Part shown: positions 8,808 through 16,948 of the stretch, piece by piece
Layout of the letters: the number at the start of each line of letters is the position of its first letter
Numbering within the stretch: position 1 is the stretch's first letter
Assembly: GCA_034409905.1 (NCBI GenBank)
Contig: DAOUMR010000080.1
Coordinates: 1 to 53,473, forward strand
Length of the DNA stretch: 53,473 bases
Direction: 5' to 3'
Source of the DNA: Dehalococcoidales bacterium
GTDB taxonomy: Bacteria; Chloroflexota; Dehalococcoidia; Dehalococcoidales; BS750m-G39
Translations under genes and position numbers: made by a program
The notes under the pieces: model-generated
Told to the model about the DNA's origin: nothing
The model's input: the letters and a program-made list of their open reading frames with translations, nothing else
Databases searched by the model: none

Positions 8808-9029
8808 CTAGAGTTCCTCTAAAGCGACCTTCAGGGTTATCTCCTTGGGGGTCGCTTTTTCGATTTTATCGGGGGGGATGAAATAGCCGACCTCGGTGGG
8901 GTCGGTGGTAACCTGAAACTTGCTGATTTCGCCCGTCCAGGAGTCCCGTATTACGTTGTTGACCGTACCCAGCACCTTCCCGTTCTTGTCCTTCACCTTG
9001 GCGCCGTACTCAATCTGCATCTCAAACAC
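8808..9029 (-). CDS. Small beta-barrel protein (73 aa), PRC-barrel/DUF2171-like
   Basis: YGAKVKDKNGKVLGTVNNVIRDSWTGEISKFQV pattern. Weak assignment. Confidence 0.4.
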   Translation of the reverse strand: MFEMQIEYGAKVKDKNGKVLGTVNNVIRDSWTGEISKFQVTTDPTEVGYFIPPDKIEKATPKEITLKVALEEL

Positions 9030-9070
9030 CTCCCATCAAAAACTATTCACATTATTAAAGCTAAACGGCT

Positions 9071-9652
9071 CTACTTGCTGGCGAAAAAGCCCAGCGCCAG
9101 CTTTATCTTTTCTTCCAGGGTGAGGGCGGGGTCGGGGGGTATGGCGGCGATGGCGCGGCTGGCTTCCCGCACCGAATAGCCCAGGGTGGTCAGGGCGGCC
9201 AGGACGTCGGCGTTTTCCTCAGCGAGCTCGGGGGGCGGCGCCGCCCAGCCGGCGCCTATCTTCTCTTTAAGCTCCAGGATAATGCGTTGGGCCGTCTTTT
9301 TGCCGACACCGGGTATTTCGGAAAGCAGATTGGCATTGCCGGTGGCGATGGTCATAGCCAGCTTTTCGACGCTCATCGCCGAGAGCATGGAAAGCGCCAG
9401 CTTGGGGCCCAGCCTCGATACAGAAATCAGAGTCTGGAAGAGCCCCAGCTCTTCGGGGGCGGCGAAGCCGTAGAGGGTGACGTTGTCCTCCCGGAGATGG
9501 AGGTGGGTATGAAGCTCGACCTCCTCGCCTTTAGCCCCCAGGGTGGAGAGGGTTGAGGTGGGCATAAAGACCTTGAAGCCGATACCGTTGACATCAACAA
9601 TGGCCCAGTCGCCGCTCATCGCCTGAAGCTTACCTTTTAGAGAGGCTATCAC
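9071..9652 (-). CDS. ruvA: Holliday junction DNA helicase subunit RuvA
   Basis: MIASLKGKL...VDVNGIGFKVFMP..., HhH motif (IPGVGKKTAQRIILEL), C-terminal domain III. The GTG start overlaps the ruvC stop (GTGA). Confidence 0.9.
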   Translation of the reverse strand: MIASLKGKLQAMSGDWAIVDVNGIGFKVFMPTSTLSTLGAKGEEVELHTHLHLREDNVTLYGFAAPEELGLFQTLISVSRLGPKLALSMLSAMSVEKLAMTIATGNANLLSEIPGVGKKTAQRIILELKEKIGAGWAAPPPELAEENADVLAALTTLGYSVREASRAIAAIPPDPALTLEEKIKLALGFFASK

Positions 9653-10155
9653 CTTTTCTCCTCGCTTTTAGCCACCAGGCTTTCTAAGTGCATTCTACGC
9701 AGGTGGCAGAGGGCCACGGCCAGAGCATCGGCGGCGTCGGTGGGGTGGGGGGCTTCCGCCAGATTCAGCTGCAATTTGACCATTTCCTGCACCTGCTCCT
9801 TGGTGCTGACTCCGTAGTCGGTGACCCGCTTTTTGACCTCGGCGGGGCTGTATTCGTGGGTGGGGATTTTGACTTCAGCGGCGGCCAGGATGGCGATTGC
9901 CTGCGCCCGGCCTATGGCCAGCGCCGTCCTGACGCTCTTGGCGACAAAGGGGCTCTCGATGGCGATGACATCGGGCTTAAAGCGGGCGATTACCTCCCGA
10001 AGACCCCGGTATATAAAGCTCAAACGCTCCCCGATGGGGGAGCGCTCTTGGGCGGTCAGGGCGCCGCAGTCAACAAAGGTTGCCTCGTCGTCTTCAGCTT
10101 CGATGACCCCGTAGCCCGTGGTTACCGTGCCCGGGTCGATGCCTAAGACTATCAT
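9649..10155 (-). CDS. ruvC: Crossover junction endodeoxyribonuclease RuvC
   Basis: Start taken at MIVLGIDPGT (ATG 10153-10155). The upstream ORF-track extension would overlap yebC. Catalytic DPG...E...D pattern present. Confidence 0.88.
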   Translation of the reverse strand: MIVLGIDPGTVTTGYGVIEAEDDEATFVDCGALTAQERSPIGERLSFIYRGLREVIARFKPDVIAIESPFVAKSVRTALAIGRAQAIAILAAAEVKIPTHEYSPAEVKKRVTDYGVSTKEQVQEMVKLQLNLAEAPHPTDAADALAVALCHLRRMHLESLVAKSEEKR

Positions 10156-10165
10156 CGAGGCCGAC

Positions 10166-10915
10166 TCACGGTTGGTATTTCTCCAGGATGGCGTCGGAGA
10201 AGTCGGCGTTGCTGGAGACAAGCTGCACCTCGTCCAGTTCCTCGAGCCTGTCCAGCATTTTCAGCGTCTGCAGGGCGGCTTTTTCCTCTAATTCGATAGT
10301 GCTCTTGGGCACCATTAAAAGCTCCGCCGAGGCGACGGCTATCTTCTTCTGCTCCAGCGCTTCCCTGACCTTCTCCAGCTCGGTGGGCTTGGTGTAGATA
10401 TCGATAAAGCTCTTCTCTATCTTGACGTCCTCGGCGCCGCTGTCGATAGCCTGCAGCGCCAGCTCTTCGGCGTCTTTGGCGTTGGTCTCCACGGTGATTA
10501 CCCCGCGGGAGTCGAAGAGCCAGGCGACACAGCCGCTTTCCCCCAGGTTGCCGCCGTGGCGGGTGAAGATGTTCCTTACCTCCTGCAGGGTGCGGTTTCG
10601 GTTGTCGCTGAGCGCCGTCACCAGTATGGCCACGCCGTTGGGCCCGTAGCCTTCAAGGGTCATCTCGGCCAGGACGACGCCTTCGGCATGGCCGCTGCCC
10701 CGCTTGATGGCGCGCTCGATGTTGTCCAGGGGCATGTTGTTGTCGCGGGCTTTTTGCACCGCCAGTCTCAGCCGGAAGTTTGCCTCGGGGCTGGGGCCCG
10801 CCTCCCGCACCGCCACGATAATCTCGCGGGCCAGCTTGGTGAAGATCTGACCGCGCTTGGCGTCAGCTACCCCTTTTTGCCGCTTAATCTGTGACCATTT
10901 GGAATGACCGGACAT
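10166..10915 (-). CDS. yebC: YebC/PmpR family DNA-binding regulator
   Basis: MSGHSKWSQIKRQKGVADAKRGQIFTKLAREI... Start at ATG 10915 with SD AAAGAGG. Confidence 0.9.
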   Translation of the reverse strand: MSGHSKWSQIKRQKGVADAKRGQIFTKLAREIIVAVREAGPSPEANFRLRLAVQKARDNNMPLDNIERAIKRGSGHAEGVVLAEMTLEGYGPNGVAILVTALSDNRNRTLQEVRNIFTRHGGNLGESGCVAWLFDSRGVITVETNAKDAEELALQAIDSGAEDVKIEKSFIDIYTKPTELEKVREALEQKKIAVASAELLMVPKSTIELEEKAALQTLKMLDRLEELDEVQLVSSNADFSDAILEKYQP

Positions 10916-10984
10916 ATCTACCTCTTTAGTAGATTCTAGCACCTCGCTTGTTAAGGGTCAAAGGGGGGTAGGTGTTGTTTTTTA

Positions 10985-11132
10985 ATCCCTCCGCCACCTT
11001 GTTTAGCGTAAGTCTTTCTGTCCCACCCAAAACCCACCCTATAAGGGTGGTACCCCTTATATATCCTCCTGTAGGGGATACGCCCATCCACCCCACCTTG
11101 TTGTGCGGAGGTCTTCTTGTCCCAATATTAGA
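10985..11132. repeat. Mosaic repeat cluster R3 (module A plus a partial A)
   Basis: CCGCCACCTTGTTTAGCGTAAGTCTTTCTGTCCCACCCAAAACCCACCCTATAAGGGTGGTACCCCTTATAT..., followed by a second CCACCTTGTTGTGCGGAGGTCTTCTTGTCCCAAT half copy. Confidence 0.85.
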
Positions 11133-11136
11133 GGCC

Positions 11137-11505
11137 CTACGTCTGGCTGGTGCCGATGGCGATGGCGATGGCGTATTCTTTGGAGTGGGAGAGGCTGACG
11201 GCGAGTTTGTCTAAGCCCAGCGCTTTAGCCTGGTTTTGTGCCTCGCCGTAGAGGTTGACCAGCGGTTTGCCCTTATCGTCGGCCAGTATTTCGATGTCTT
11301 TGAGCCTGGCGCCGGCGGTGGTTTTGCCCAGCGCCTTTATGACCGCTTCCTTGGCGGCGAAGCGCGCCGCCAGCGAGGGGAGTTTCCAGCGGTAGGCTTT
11401 TATCTCGGAGTCGGTGTAAATCCGCTTGAGGAAGTCTTCTCCCTGCCGGGCGATAGCCGCTTTTATGCGGGCGATTTCAATAATGTCGATGCCTATAGCG
11501 TGCAT
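11137..11505 (-). CDS. acpS: Holo-[acyl-carrier-protein] synthase
   Basis: 122 aa: GIDIIEIARI..., FAAKEAVIKALG, LSHSKEYAIA. Confidence 0.88.
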   Translation of the reverse strand: MHAIGIDIIEIARIKAAIARQGEDFLKRIYTDSEIKAYRWKLPSLAARFAAKEAVIKALGKTTAGARLKDIEILADDKGKPLVNLYGEAQNQAKALGLDKLAVSLSHSKEYAIAIAIGTSQT

Positions 11506-11569
11506 GTTTTGGGATTATAGTCTATTTGTGGGGGGTGTTCAAGGTGGAGTAGTTTTCCAGAGGGGTTTT

Positions 11570-11872
11570 CACTCCACCACCCCGCCTTGTTAGCGTACGT
11601 ATAGATGTCCCACCCAACGCCCTCCCTACAAGGGTTAGACCCTTATATATCTCTTATATAGGATACGCCGCGCATCCCCACCCTATGTTTTAGGGGTTCC
11701 AAAGGGGGCTATGCCCCCTTTTACCTTAAAAGGGCGGTGGGTGGGAATAGATAAAATCGGGGTGGGGGGATAACACCCCCCAAATAAGGGGCTAATAGGG
11801 GATTATCCCCTGTAGGGTGGGTATTGGGTGGGACGGAAATACCTTCGCTAAACAGAGGGGAGCGGGGAGGCG
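11570..11872. repeat. Mosaic repeat cluster R4: A(+), reversed H and X, A(-), i.e. inverted A copies at both ends
   Basis: A(+) at about 11575-11690. Then GGGGTTCCAAAGGGGGCTATGCCCCCTTTTACCTTAAAAGGGCGGTGGGTGGGAATAGATAAAATCGGGG (reverse of X+H). A(-) at about 11775-11870 (GGGGATTATCCCCTGTAGGGTGGGTATTGGGTGGGACGG...CGCTAAACAGAGGGG). Confidence 0.85.
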
Positions 11873-11908
11873 ATTTGGAATTTAGTTGCCACTGGTGTTA
11901 AAATTAGG

Positions 11909-11931
11909 GGCGGAGCAAATCCGCCTTTTTT
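11909..11931 (+). terminator. Terminator-like hairpin between cluster R4 and the HAD gene
   Basis: GGCGGA-gcaaa-TCCGCC followed by TTTTTT. No annotated plus-strand gene lies upstream of it. Confidence 0.35.
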
Positions 11932-11974
11932 ATAACGAATAAAGGCGTGGGCGGTTATCTAGAAAGGGAATTAA

Positions 11975-12781
11975 ATGAACTACAGGCTGCTGGTAGTAGA
12001 TATTGACGGCACCTTGCTGGGTAGCGAGGGGGGCATCTCGGCTGAGGACAGGGAGGCGCTGGCGGCGGCCCGTCGGGTGGGGGTGAAGGTCTGCCTTTCC
12101 ACGGGGCGGGCGTCCCAGGGTTGCCGCTGGCTTGTCGACGAGCTTTCGCTGGACGGCTATCACATCTTCTTCGACGGGGCGCTGGTCTCAGGGCCCGATA
12201 AGGAGCTCTACGTCGAGCCGCTGGCGAGGGGGGTGGTGAAGGAGGTGGTCGAGTTCGTTCGGGAGCACAATATCTACCTGGAGCTTTATTCGGCGACGGA
12301 CTACTTCGTTGAGTGGGAGAACTGGGCGACGGAGATTCACCGCAACTACTTCAAGCTGGAGCCCAGGGTGATTGACTTTAGCGGGCTGAGGGGTGGGGAG
12401 AAGTTCATCAAGGGGGGGTTGATAACGCGTGACGCGGAGGAGGTGGCTAAGGCTAAAGACTTTCGCAACCGTTTCGACCGCAGCCTGCGCTTTTCGGTAG
12501 CCCGCTCACCAGCCTACCCGGGAGTCGAGTTTATCAACGTGCTCGCCCCCGAGGTCTCCAAAGGGAAGGCGCTGACGGCGCTGGCTTCGCACCTGGGGGT
12601 ATCCTTAAGCGAGGTCATGGCTATCGGGGACGGCACTAACGATATCAGCCTGCTTTCTATAGCTGGGCTGGCGGTGGCGATGGGCAATGCCCCCGATGAG
12701 GTCAAGGCAGTAGCCCACCGCGTCACTGAGGAGGTGGGGAAGAGCGGGGTGGCGGCGGCGGTGAAGAAGTTCTTGCTTTGA
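11975..12781 (+). CDS. Cof-type HAD-IIB family phosphatase
   Basis: LLVVDIDGTLL (motif I), STGR (motif II), GDGTNDISLL (motif IV). Confidence 0.8.
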   Translation: MNYRLLVVDIDGTLLGSEGGISAEDREALAAARRVGVKVCLSTGRASQGCRWLVDELSLDGYHIFFDGALVSGPDKELYVEPLARGVVKEVVEFVREHNIYLELYSATDYFVEWENWATEIHRNYFKLEPRVIDFSGLRGGEKFIKGGLITRDAEEVAKAKDFRNRFDRSLRFSVARSPAYPGVEFINVLAPEVSKGKALTALASHLGVSLSEVMAIGDGTNDISLLSIAGLAVAMGNAPDEVKAVAHRVTEEVGKSGVAAAVKKFLL

Positions 12782-12812
12782 GGAAGCGCCCCGCTTTTTA
12801 AGTCTTTAGACT

Positions 12813-12893
12813 CTAGCGCTTTTTCCGCATCATTATCAACAGGATTATCAGGCCGATTAAGACGGCGACGAGAATCCAGTACCACCAGTCCAT
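12813..12893 (-). CDS. Candidate 26-aa single-TM micropeptide
   Basis: MDWWYWILVAVLIGLIILLIMMRKKR with a perfect AGGAGG 6 nt upstream of the ATG at 12893. Coding status is unproven. Confidence 0.25.
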   Translation of the reverse strand: MDWWYWILVAVLIGLIILLIMMRKKR

Positions 12894-12997
12894 ATCTAGC
12901 CTCCTGCGATTCTAATCTCGGAACAGCTTATTTGGGATATATTATCCCAAACTCTTGCTGAATACAAGATAGAATTATCGAATTTTCCCCATTTATT

Positions 12998-13045
12998 TTA
13001 GAGGTGCAACTCGATAACGTCGCCGTCCCTTAAGACCCGGGCTGG
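12998..13045 (-). pseudogene. Relic copy of the 3' end of the DRG-type GTPase gene
   Basis: TTAGAGGTGCAACTCGATAACGTCGCCGTCCCTTAAGAC aligns (about 80 percent by eye) with 14039-14085 (CTAGAGGTGGAGCTCGATAATATCGCCGTCCTTTAAAAC). It would encode ...RDGDVIELHL*, versus ...KDGDIIELHL* in the intact gene. Confidence 0.45.
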
Positions 13046-13888
13046 TTACTCTTTGTTGCGGATAGCCATCACTACCCCGGTCACAACCAGAGCCGCGCCC
13101 ACGACTATGGCAATCCAGAAGCCATAGACAGAAACCCAGAGTATCAAACTGCGGGTACTCTTAGCCAGGTCTACCATCTCGTCGATTGTTTCACTGGTAT
13201 AGGCCATGGAGTTTACGTAAATAGTTGTCGGGTCTCCGGGCATTAGCTGTGCCTTCATGGTGGTTGTGGTAGAGGTATAGACGGGGACACCGCTAACCGG
13301 TTCTGCCTTGATTTCAGTCAGGACGTCCATCGTTCGCGGCGCGTCGGTACCCTCCATGGTGCCGGCGGGCATGTCGCTAACATCAATCTTGAAGTTATAG
13401 ACCGTAATGCCGTGGTATGTCTCCTCGCTGACGAAGTTGGCGGGAAGCGCGGTCATTGCCGAGGAAGACCAGAAGGAATAGGTCTCTTTCTCCACTCCGG
13501 CCGGGAAAGTAAAATTACCGGAGCGGTCCATATTGCCGTAGCCGGGCACATTCTCGCGGGTCGTCCTGTCGAGGCCGTAGACGTCGGAGCTGCTTGAAAG
13601 CAGAGTCTCCGATTGCGCCACGTAGATATTGATATCCTGTTGGAGAAGTAAGACATCGTCTTCGACCCCAGTTGCCGTCAGTAAACGAACGACATCGGTA
13701 GGGATTTCATCTAAAGACATTGTTTCCGAGTTCAGTTGCTTGATGAAACCCTCAAACGTATATTCCTGTTCGTAATCGGCCGGCATTTTAGCCATGGCGG
13801 GGAAAATAGCCAGCAGCCAGACCAGGGCGAAAATAACCACGACGAGGCCGATAATGGTTAAGCTCAGGCTCCAACCTTTCATTCTCAC
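13046..13888 (-). CDS. Membrane protein with N- and C-terminal TM anchors, DUF3068-like
   Basis: 280 aa. TM at both ends and a large extracytoplasmic middle (FPAMAKMPADYEQEYTFEG...). DUF3068 is assigned from memory of this layout. Confidence 0.45.
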   Translation of the reverse strand: MRMKGWSLSLTIIGLVVVIFALVWLLAIFPAMAKMPADYEQEYTFEGFIKQLNSETMSLDEIPTDVVRLLTATGVEDDVLLLQQDINIYVAQSETLLSSSSDVYGLDRTTRENVPGYGNMDRSGNFTFPAGVEKETYSFWSSSAMTALPANFVSEETYHGITVYNFKIDVSDMPAGTMEGTDAPRTMDVLTEIKAEPVSGVPVYTSTTTTMKAQLMPGDPTTIYVNSMAYTSETIDEMVDLAKSTRSLILWVSVYGFWIAIVVGAALVVTGVVMAIRNKE

Positions 13889-13939
13889 CTTTTGTGTACC
13901 TCCTTAATATCCACCTAGATTTTCTAGGTATAGTGAGGC

Positions 13940-13968
13940 ATTATACAATGTGAACAACCCTTTGGCAA
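13940..13968 (-). promoter_or_regulatory. Sigma70-type promoter for the 13046-13888 gene
   Basis: Minus strand: TTGCCA (13963-13968), 17 nt, TATAAT (13940-13945). Downstream SD AAGGAGG. Confidence 0.45.
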
Positions 13969-14038
13969 TAGCTAGCTATAGAGAGGTATGGTTAGATAAT
14001 GTTACTACCTTTGGGGGATGTTATTGAAAACCCGTATT

Positions 14039-15019
14039 CTAGAGGTGGAGCTCGATAATATCGCCGTCCTTTAAAACGTGGTCTCGTTTAGCCATGACGC
14101 CGTCGTGCTTACCCGAGCCCCAGATGCGGGCGTATTTCATTTTAGAGCGGAAGTCTTTGTGCACCTCGGCGGCGGCGTCGGCCAGGGTGCTGCCCCTCTT
14201 TAGAATTATGGGGTCGGTGGGGTCGGGCTTCTGGCCAGGGGCTTTGGTATAGACGCGGATGATATCCAGCACTTCGTAGATTTTGCTTTTAAGCTCCTCC
14301 AAATTCGTGCCTGCGGTAGCGGAGATGGGGATGAGGGGGAAGCGCCCTCCGTATTCAGCCTTTAGCGCTTCATAATTACGACTGGCGTTATCAGTGTCAA
14401 TCTTGTTGCCGACGACGAGCGCCTTCTTATGCCAGACGGTGTAGTCGGGTTCCGGCTCAGCACGGCTATCGCCAATGAGTACCCTCATCTTTTTCAGCTG
14501 CTCGGTGATGGCTTTCATTTGTTCCAGCGGGTCGGCGCTCAAATCAATTATGACCAGCAGGGCGTCGGCTCGCCTAAGTAAAGGAGGCATCCAGAATTCT
14601 ATTGACTGGGGGGCCAGGGGTGGGGTGTCGATGAGCTGAATCTTGATGTTCTCAAACTCCATCATGCCGGGGAGGGCCTGGTGGGTGGTGAAGGGGTAGT
14701 CGGCGACGGGCGGGGAGGCGTTGGTGATGGCGGCGACGAGCTGTGACTTGCCGGCGTTGGGCAGGCCGACTAATGCCAGCTGGGCGGCGCCTTCCTTCTC
14801 AATCATCAATGAAGCCCGCCGCGCACCGCTTTTCTTGGCGGCGAGCTGGGTGAGCTTGGCGATTCGGCCCCTGAGCTCGGCGCGGAGGTGGTCGGTGCCC
14901 TTGTGCTTGGGCATGATGGCCAGCATCTCTTCGAGGGCGACTATCTTTTCCAGGGGGTCTTTGGCCTCCCGGAAGTTCTTCTCCGCGTCGAAGTATTGCG
15001 GCGGCAGGTTGGCCGGCAT
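14039..15019 (-). CDS. DRG/OBG-type GTP-binding protein with C-terminal TGS domain
   Basis: G1 GLPNAGKS, G3 DTPP, G4 NKID, TGS-like end (RIWGSGKHDGVMAKRDHVLKDGDIIELHL). Confidence 0.8.
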   Translation of the reverse strand: MPANLPPQYFDAEKNFREAKDPLEKIVALEEMLAIMPKHKGTDHLRAELRGRIAKLTQLAAKKSGARRASLMIEKEGAAQLALVGLPNAGKSQLVAAITNASPPVADYPFTTHQALPGMMEFENIKIQLIDTPPLAPQSIEFWMPPLLRRADALLVIIDLSADPLEQMKAITEQLKKMRVLIGDSRAEPEPDYTVWHKKALVVGNKIDTDNASRNYEALKAEYGGRFPLIPISATAGTNLEELKSKIYEVLDIIRVYTKAPGQKPDPTDPIILKRGSTLADAAAEVHKDFRSKMKYARIWGSGKHDGVMAKRDHVLKDGDIIELHL

Positions 15020-15021
15020 TT

Positions 15022-16839
15022 TTAGAGGTTCTCCTTTATCTTTTGGGCTAGACCCTTGGTTATCCCGCTGACATTAGCCAGTTCCTCGAAGCTGGCTTCC
15101 CTGATGGCTTTGAGCGAGCCGAACTGCCTGATTAAAGCCTTCTTGCGCTTGGCGCCGATACCGGGGACGCTGTCCAGCGCCGAGGCGAAGGTCTGCCGTT
15201 TTCTCACCTTGAGGTGGTAGCCGAGGGCAAAGCGGTGCGCCTCGTCGCGGAGGCGCTGTAACAGCTGCAATCCGGGGGAGGAGGGGGGTAAAACGATGGG
15301 CCTGGCCCGGCCGGGGATAAAAAGCTCCTCGTTTTCTTTAGCTAAACCTGCGGCGGGGATATTTTCGGTTCCCATCTCTCTCATGGCTTGAAGAGCGGCG
15401 TTGAGCTGCCCCTTGCCGCCGTCGATGAGTACCAGGTCGGGCTTTATTGCCCAGCTTCCCGAGGCGGCATCCGCCCTCTTGAAGCGCCTTTTTAAGACCT
15501 CGGCGAGCATAGCGTAGTCGTCGGCGCCGCTGACGCTTTTAATCTTAAAACGCCTGTAATGTGCCGTCTTGGGCCGGCCCTTATCGAAGACGACTAGGCT
15601 GCCCACCGCCGCCATTCCCTGGATATCGGAGATATCGTAGCCCTCGATGCGCTCTGGTGGTCGGGGGAGGTCAAGCTCTTTTTGAATTTCGGCTAGTGCT
15701 GCCGACAATGTTTTAGGTGACGCTAGTTGCTTTATCCTTAGCTGCTCTAAGCCCTGCTGGGCGTTTTTAGCCACGATGTCAACCAATTGCTTCTTGTTGC
15801 CCCGCTGGGGCACCTGAATTTTGACAGCGCTGCCTCTTTTATCCGAAAGCCATTGCTGCAAGGTGTCCCTGTCTTCCACCGGGTGCTGGAGCAAAAGTAG
15901 GGGAGGGATGTGGGGGGCGGAGGCGTAGAACTGCTGGATGAAACTTGACATAATCTTAGAGGGCTCTTCGTAGCGGGTGCCCTGTAAGACAAAGCTCTCG
16001 CGACCGATGAGCTTGCCGTTTCGTATAAAGAACACCTGGACGTAAGCCTGGTCTCGCTCGGCGCTGAAGGCGATGACGTCCTGCTCGCCTCTGGTCTTGG
16101 CGGCGATGCGCTGCCCCTCGACCACCGCCTCCACCGCCTGAATCTGGTCTCTAATGCGGGCGGCTCGCTCGAAGTCCATCTTTTCCGCTGCCTTATTCAT
16201 ACTGTCTTCAAGCTGCCTGACCACTCTTTCCTGCTTGCCTTCCATGAAGAGGATAAGCTGCCTGATGACTTCGTCGTATTCGGCGCGGCTGGTCTGGCCA
16301 ATGCAGGGGGCCAGGCAGTGGCCGATGTCGTATTCCAGGCAGGGGCGGGGGTCGTTGCCGGTGATGGTGCGGGTGCAGGAACGGAAGGGGAAGATGCCCT
16401 TTAATAGCTTCAACGTCTGCTTTATAGATTTGGCGCTGGCGAAGGGGCCGAAATAGCGCCCGCCGTTGGCCTCTAATTTGCGGGTGATGTGGACGCGGGG
16501 CCAGTCTTCGCTCAAGTCTATCTTGAGGTAGGGGAAGGTCTTGTCGTCCTTGAGGCGGACGTTGTAGCGGGGGTGGTGCCGCTTAATCAGGTTCAGCTCC
16601 AGGATTAAGGCTTCCTGCTCCGAGGCGGTAACGAAGTATTCTAGGTCGGCGACCCGGCTCACCATGCGCTGGATCTTGGGCGTCAGTTTTTGCCCGGAGC
16701 CGAAGTAGGAGCCTACCCGATGGCGCAGATTAACCGCCTTGCCCACGTATATTATATTGCCCTCGGCGTCCTTAAACAGGTAGACACCGGGGGTGGGGGG
16801 CAGCCCCCTTATTTGCTCGGTAACCAGGCTTGTCGTCAT
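15022..16839 (-). CDS. uvrC: Excinuclease ABC subunit C
   Basis: GIY-YIG (PGVYLFKDAEGNIIYVGKA), UVR domain (FERAARIRDQIQA), endonuclease V-like domain and C-terminal (HhH)2. Confidence 0.93.
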   Translation of the reverse strand: MTTSLVTEQIRGLPPTPGVYLFKDAEGNIIYVGKAVNLRHRVGSYFGSGQKLTPKIQRMVSRVADLEYFVTASEQEALILELNLIKRHHPRYNVRLKDDKTFPYLKIDLSEDWPRVHITRKLEANGGRYFGPFASAKSIKQTLKLLKGIFPFRSCTRTITGNDPRPCLEYDIGHCLAPCIGQTSRAEYDEVIRQLILFMEGKQERVVRQLEDSMNKAAEKMDFERAARIRDQIQAVEAVVEGQRIAAKTRGEQDVIAFSAERDQAYVQVFFIRNGKLIGRESFVLQGTRYEEPSKIMSSFIQQFYASAPHIPPLLLLQHPVEDRDTLQQWLSDKRGSAVKIQVPQRGNKKQLVDIVAKNAQQGLEQLRIKQLASPKTLSAALAEIQKELDLPRPPERIEGYDISDIQGMAAVGSLVVFDKGRPKTAHYRRFKIKSVSGADDYAMLAEVLKRRFKRADAASGSWAIKPDLVLIDGGKGQLNAALQAMREMGTENIPAAGLAKENEELFIPGRARPIVLPPSSPGLQLLQRLRDEAHRFALGYHLKVRKRQTFASALDSVPGIGAKRKKALIRQFGSLKAIREASFEELANVSGITKGLAQKIKENL

Positions 16840-16948
16840 TTAAGTTTATTTTAGCATAGCCGATGAGAAGGGCAAAGCGGGGTGGGGGCTGAATTTTGTT
16901 GTCGGTTATGTTAAAATACATAATATCACAGGCTATTGAGGGAGAGCG

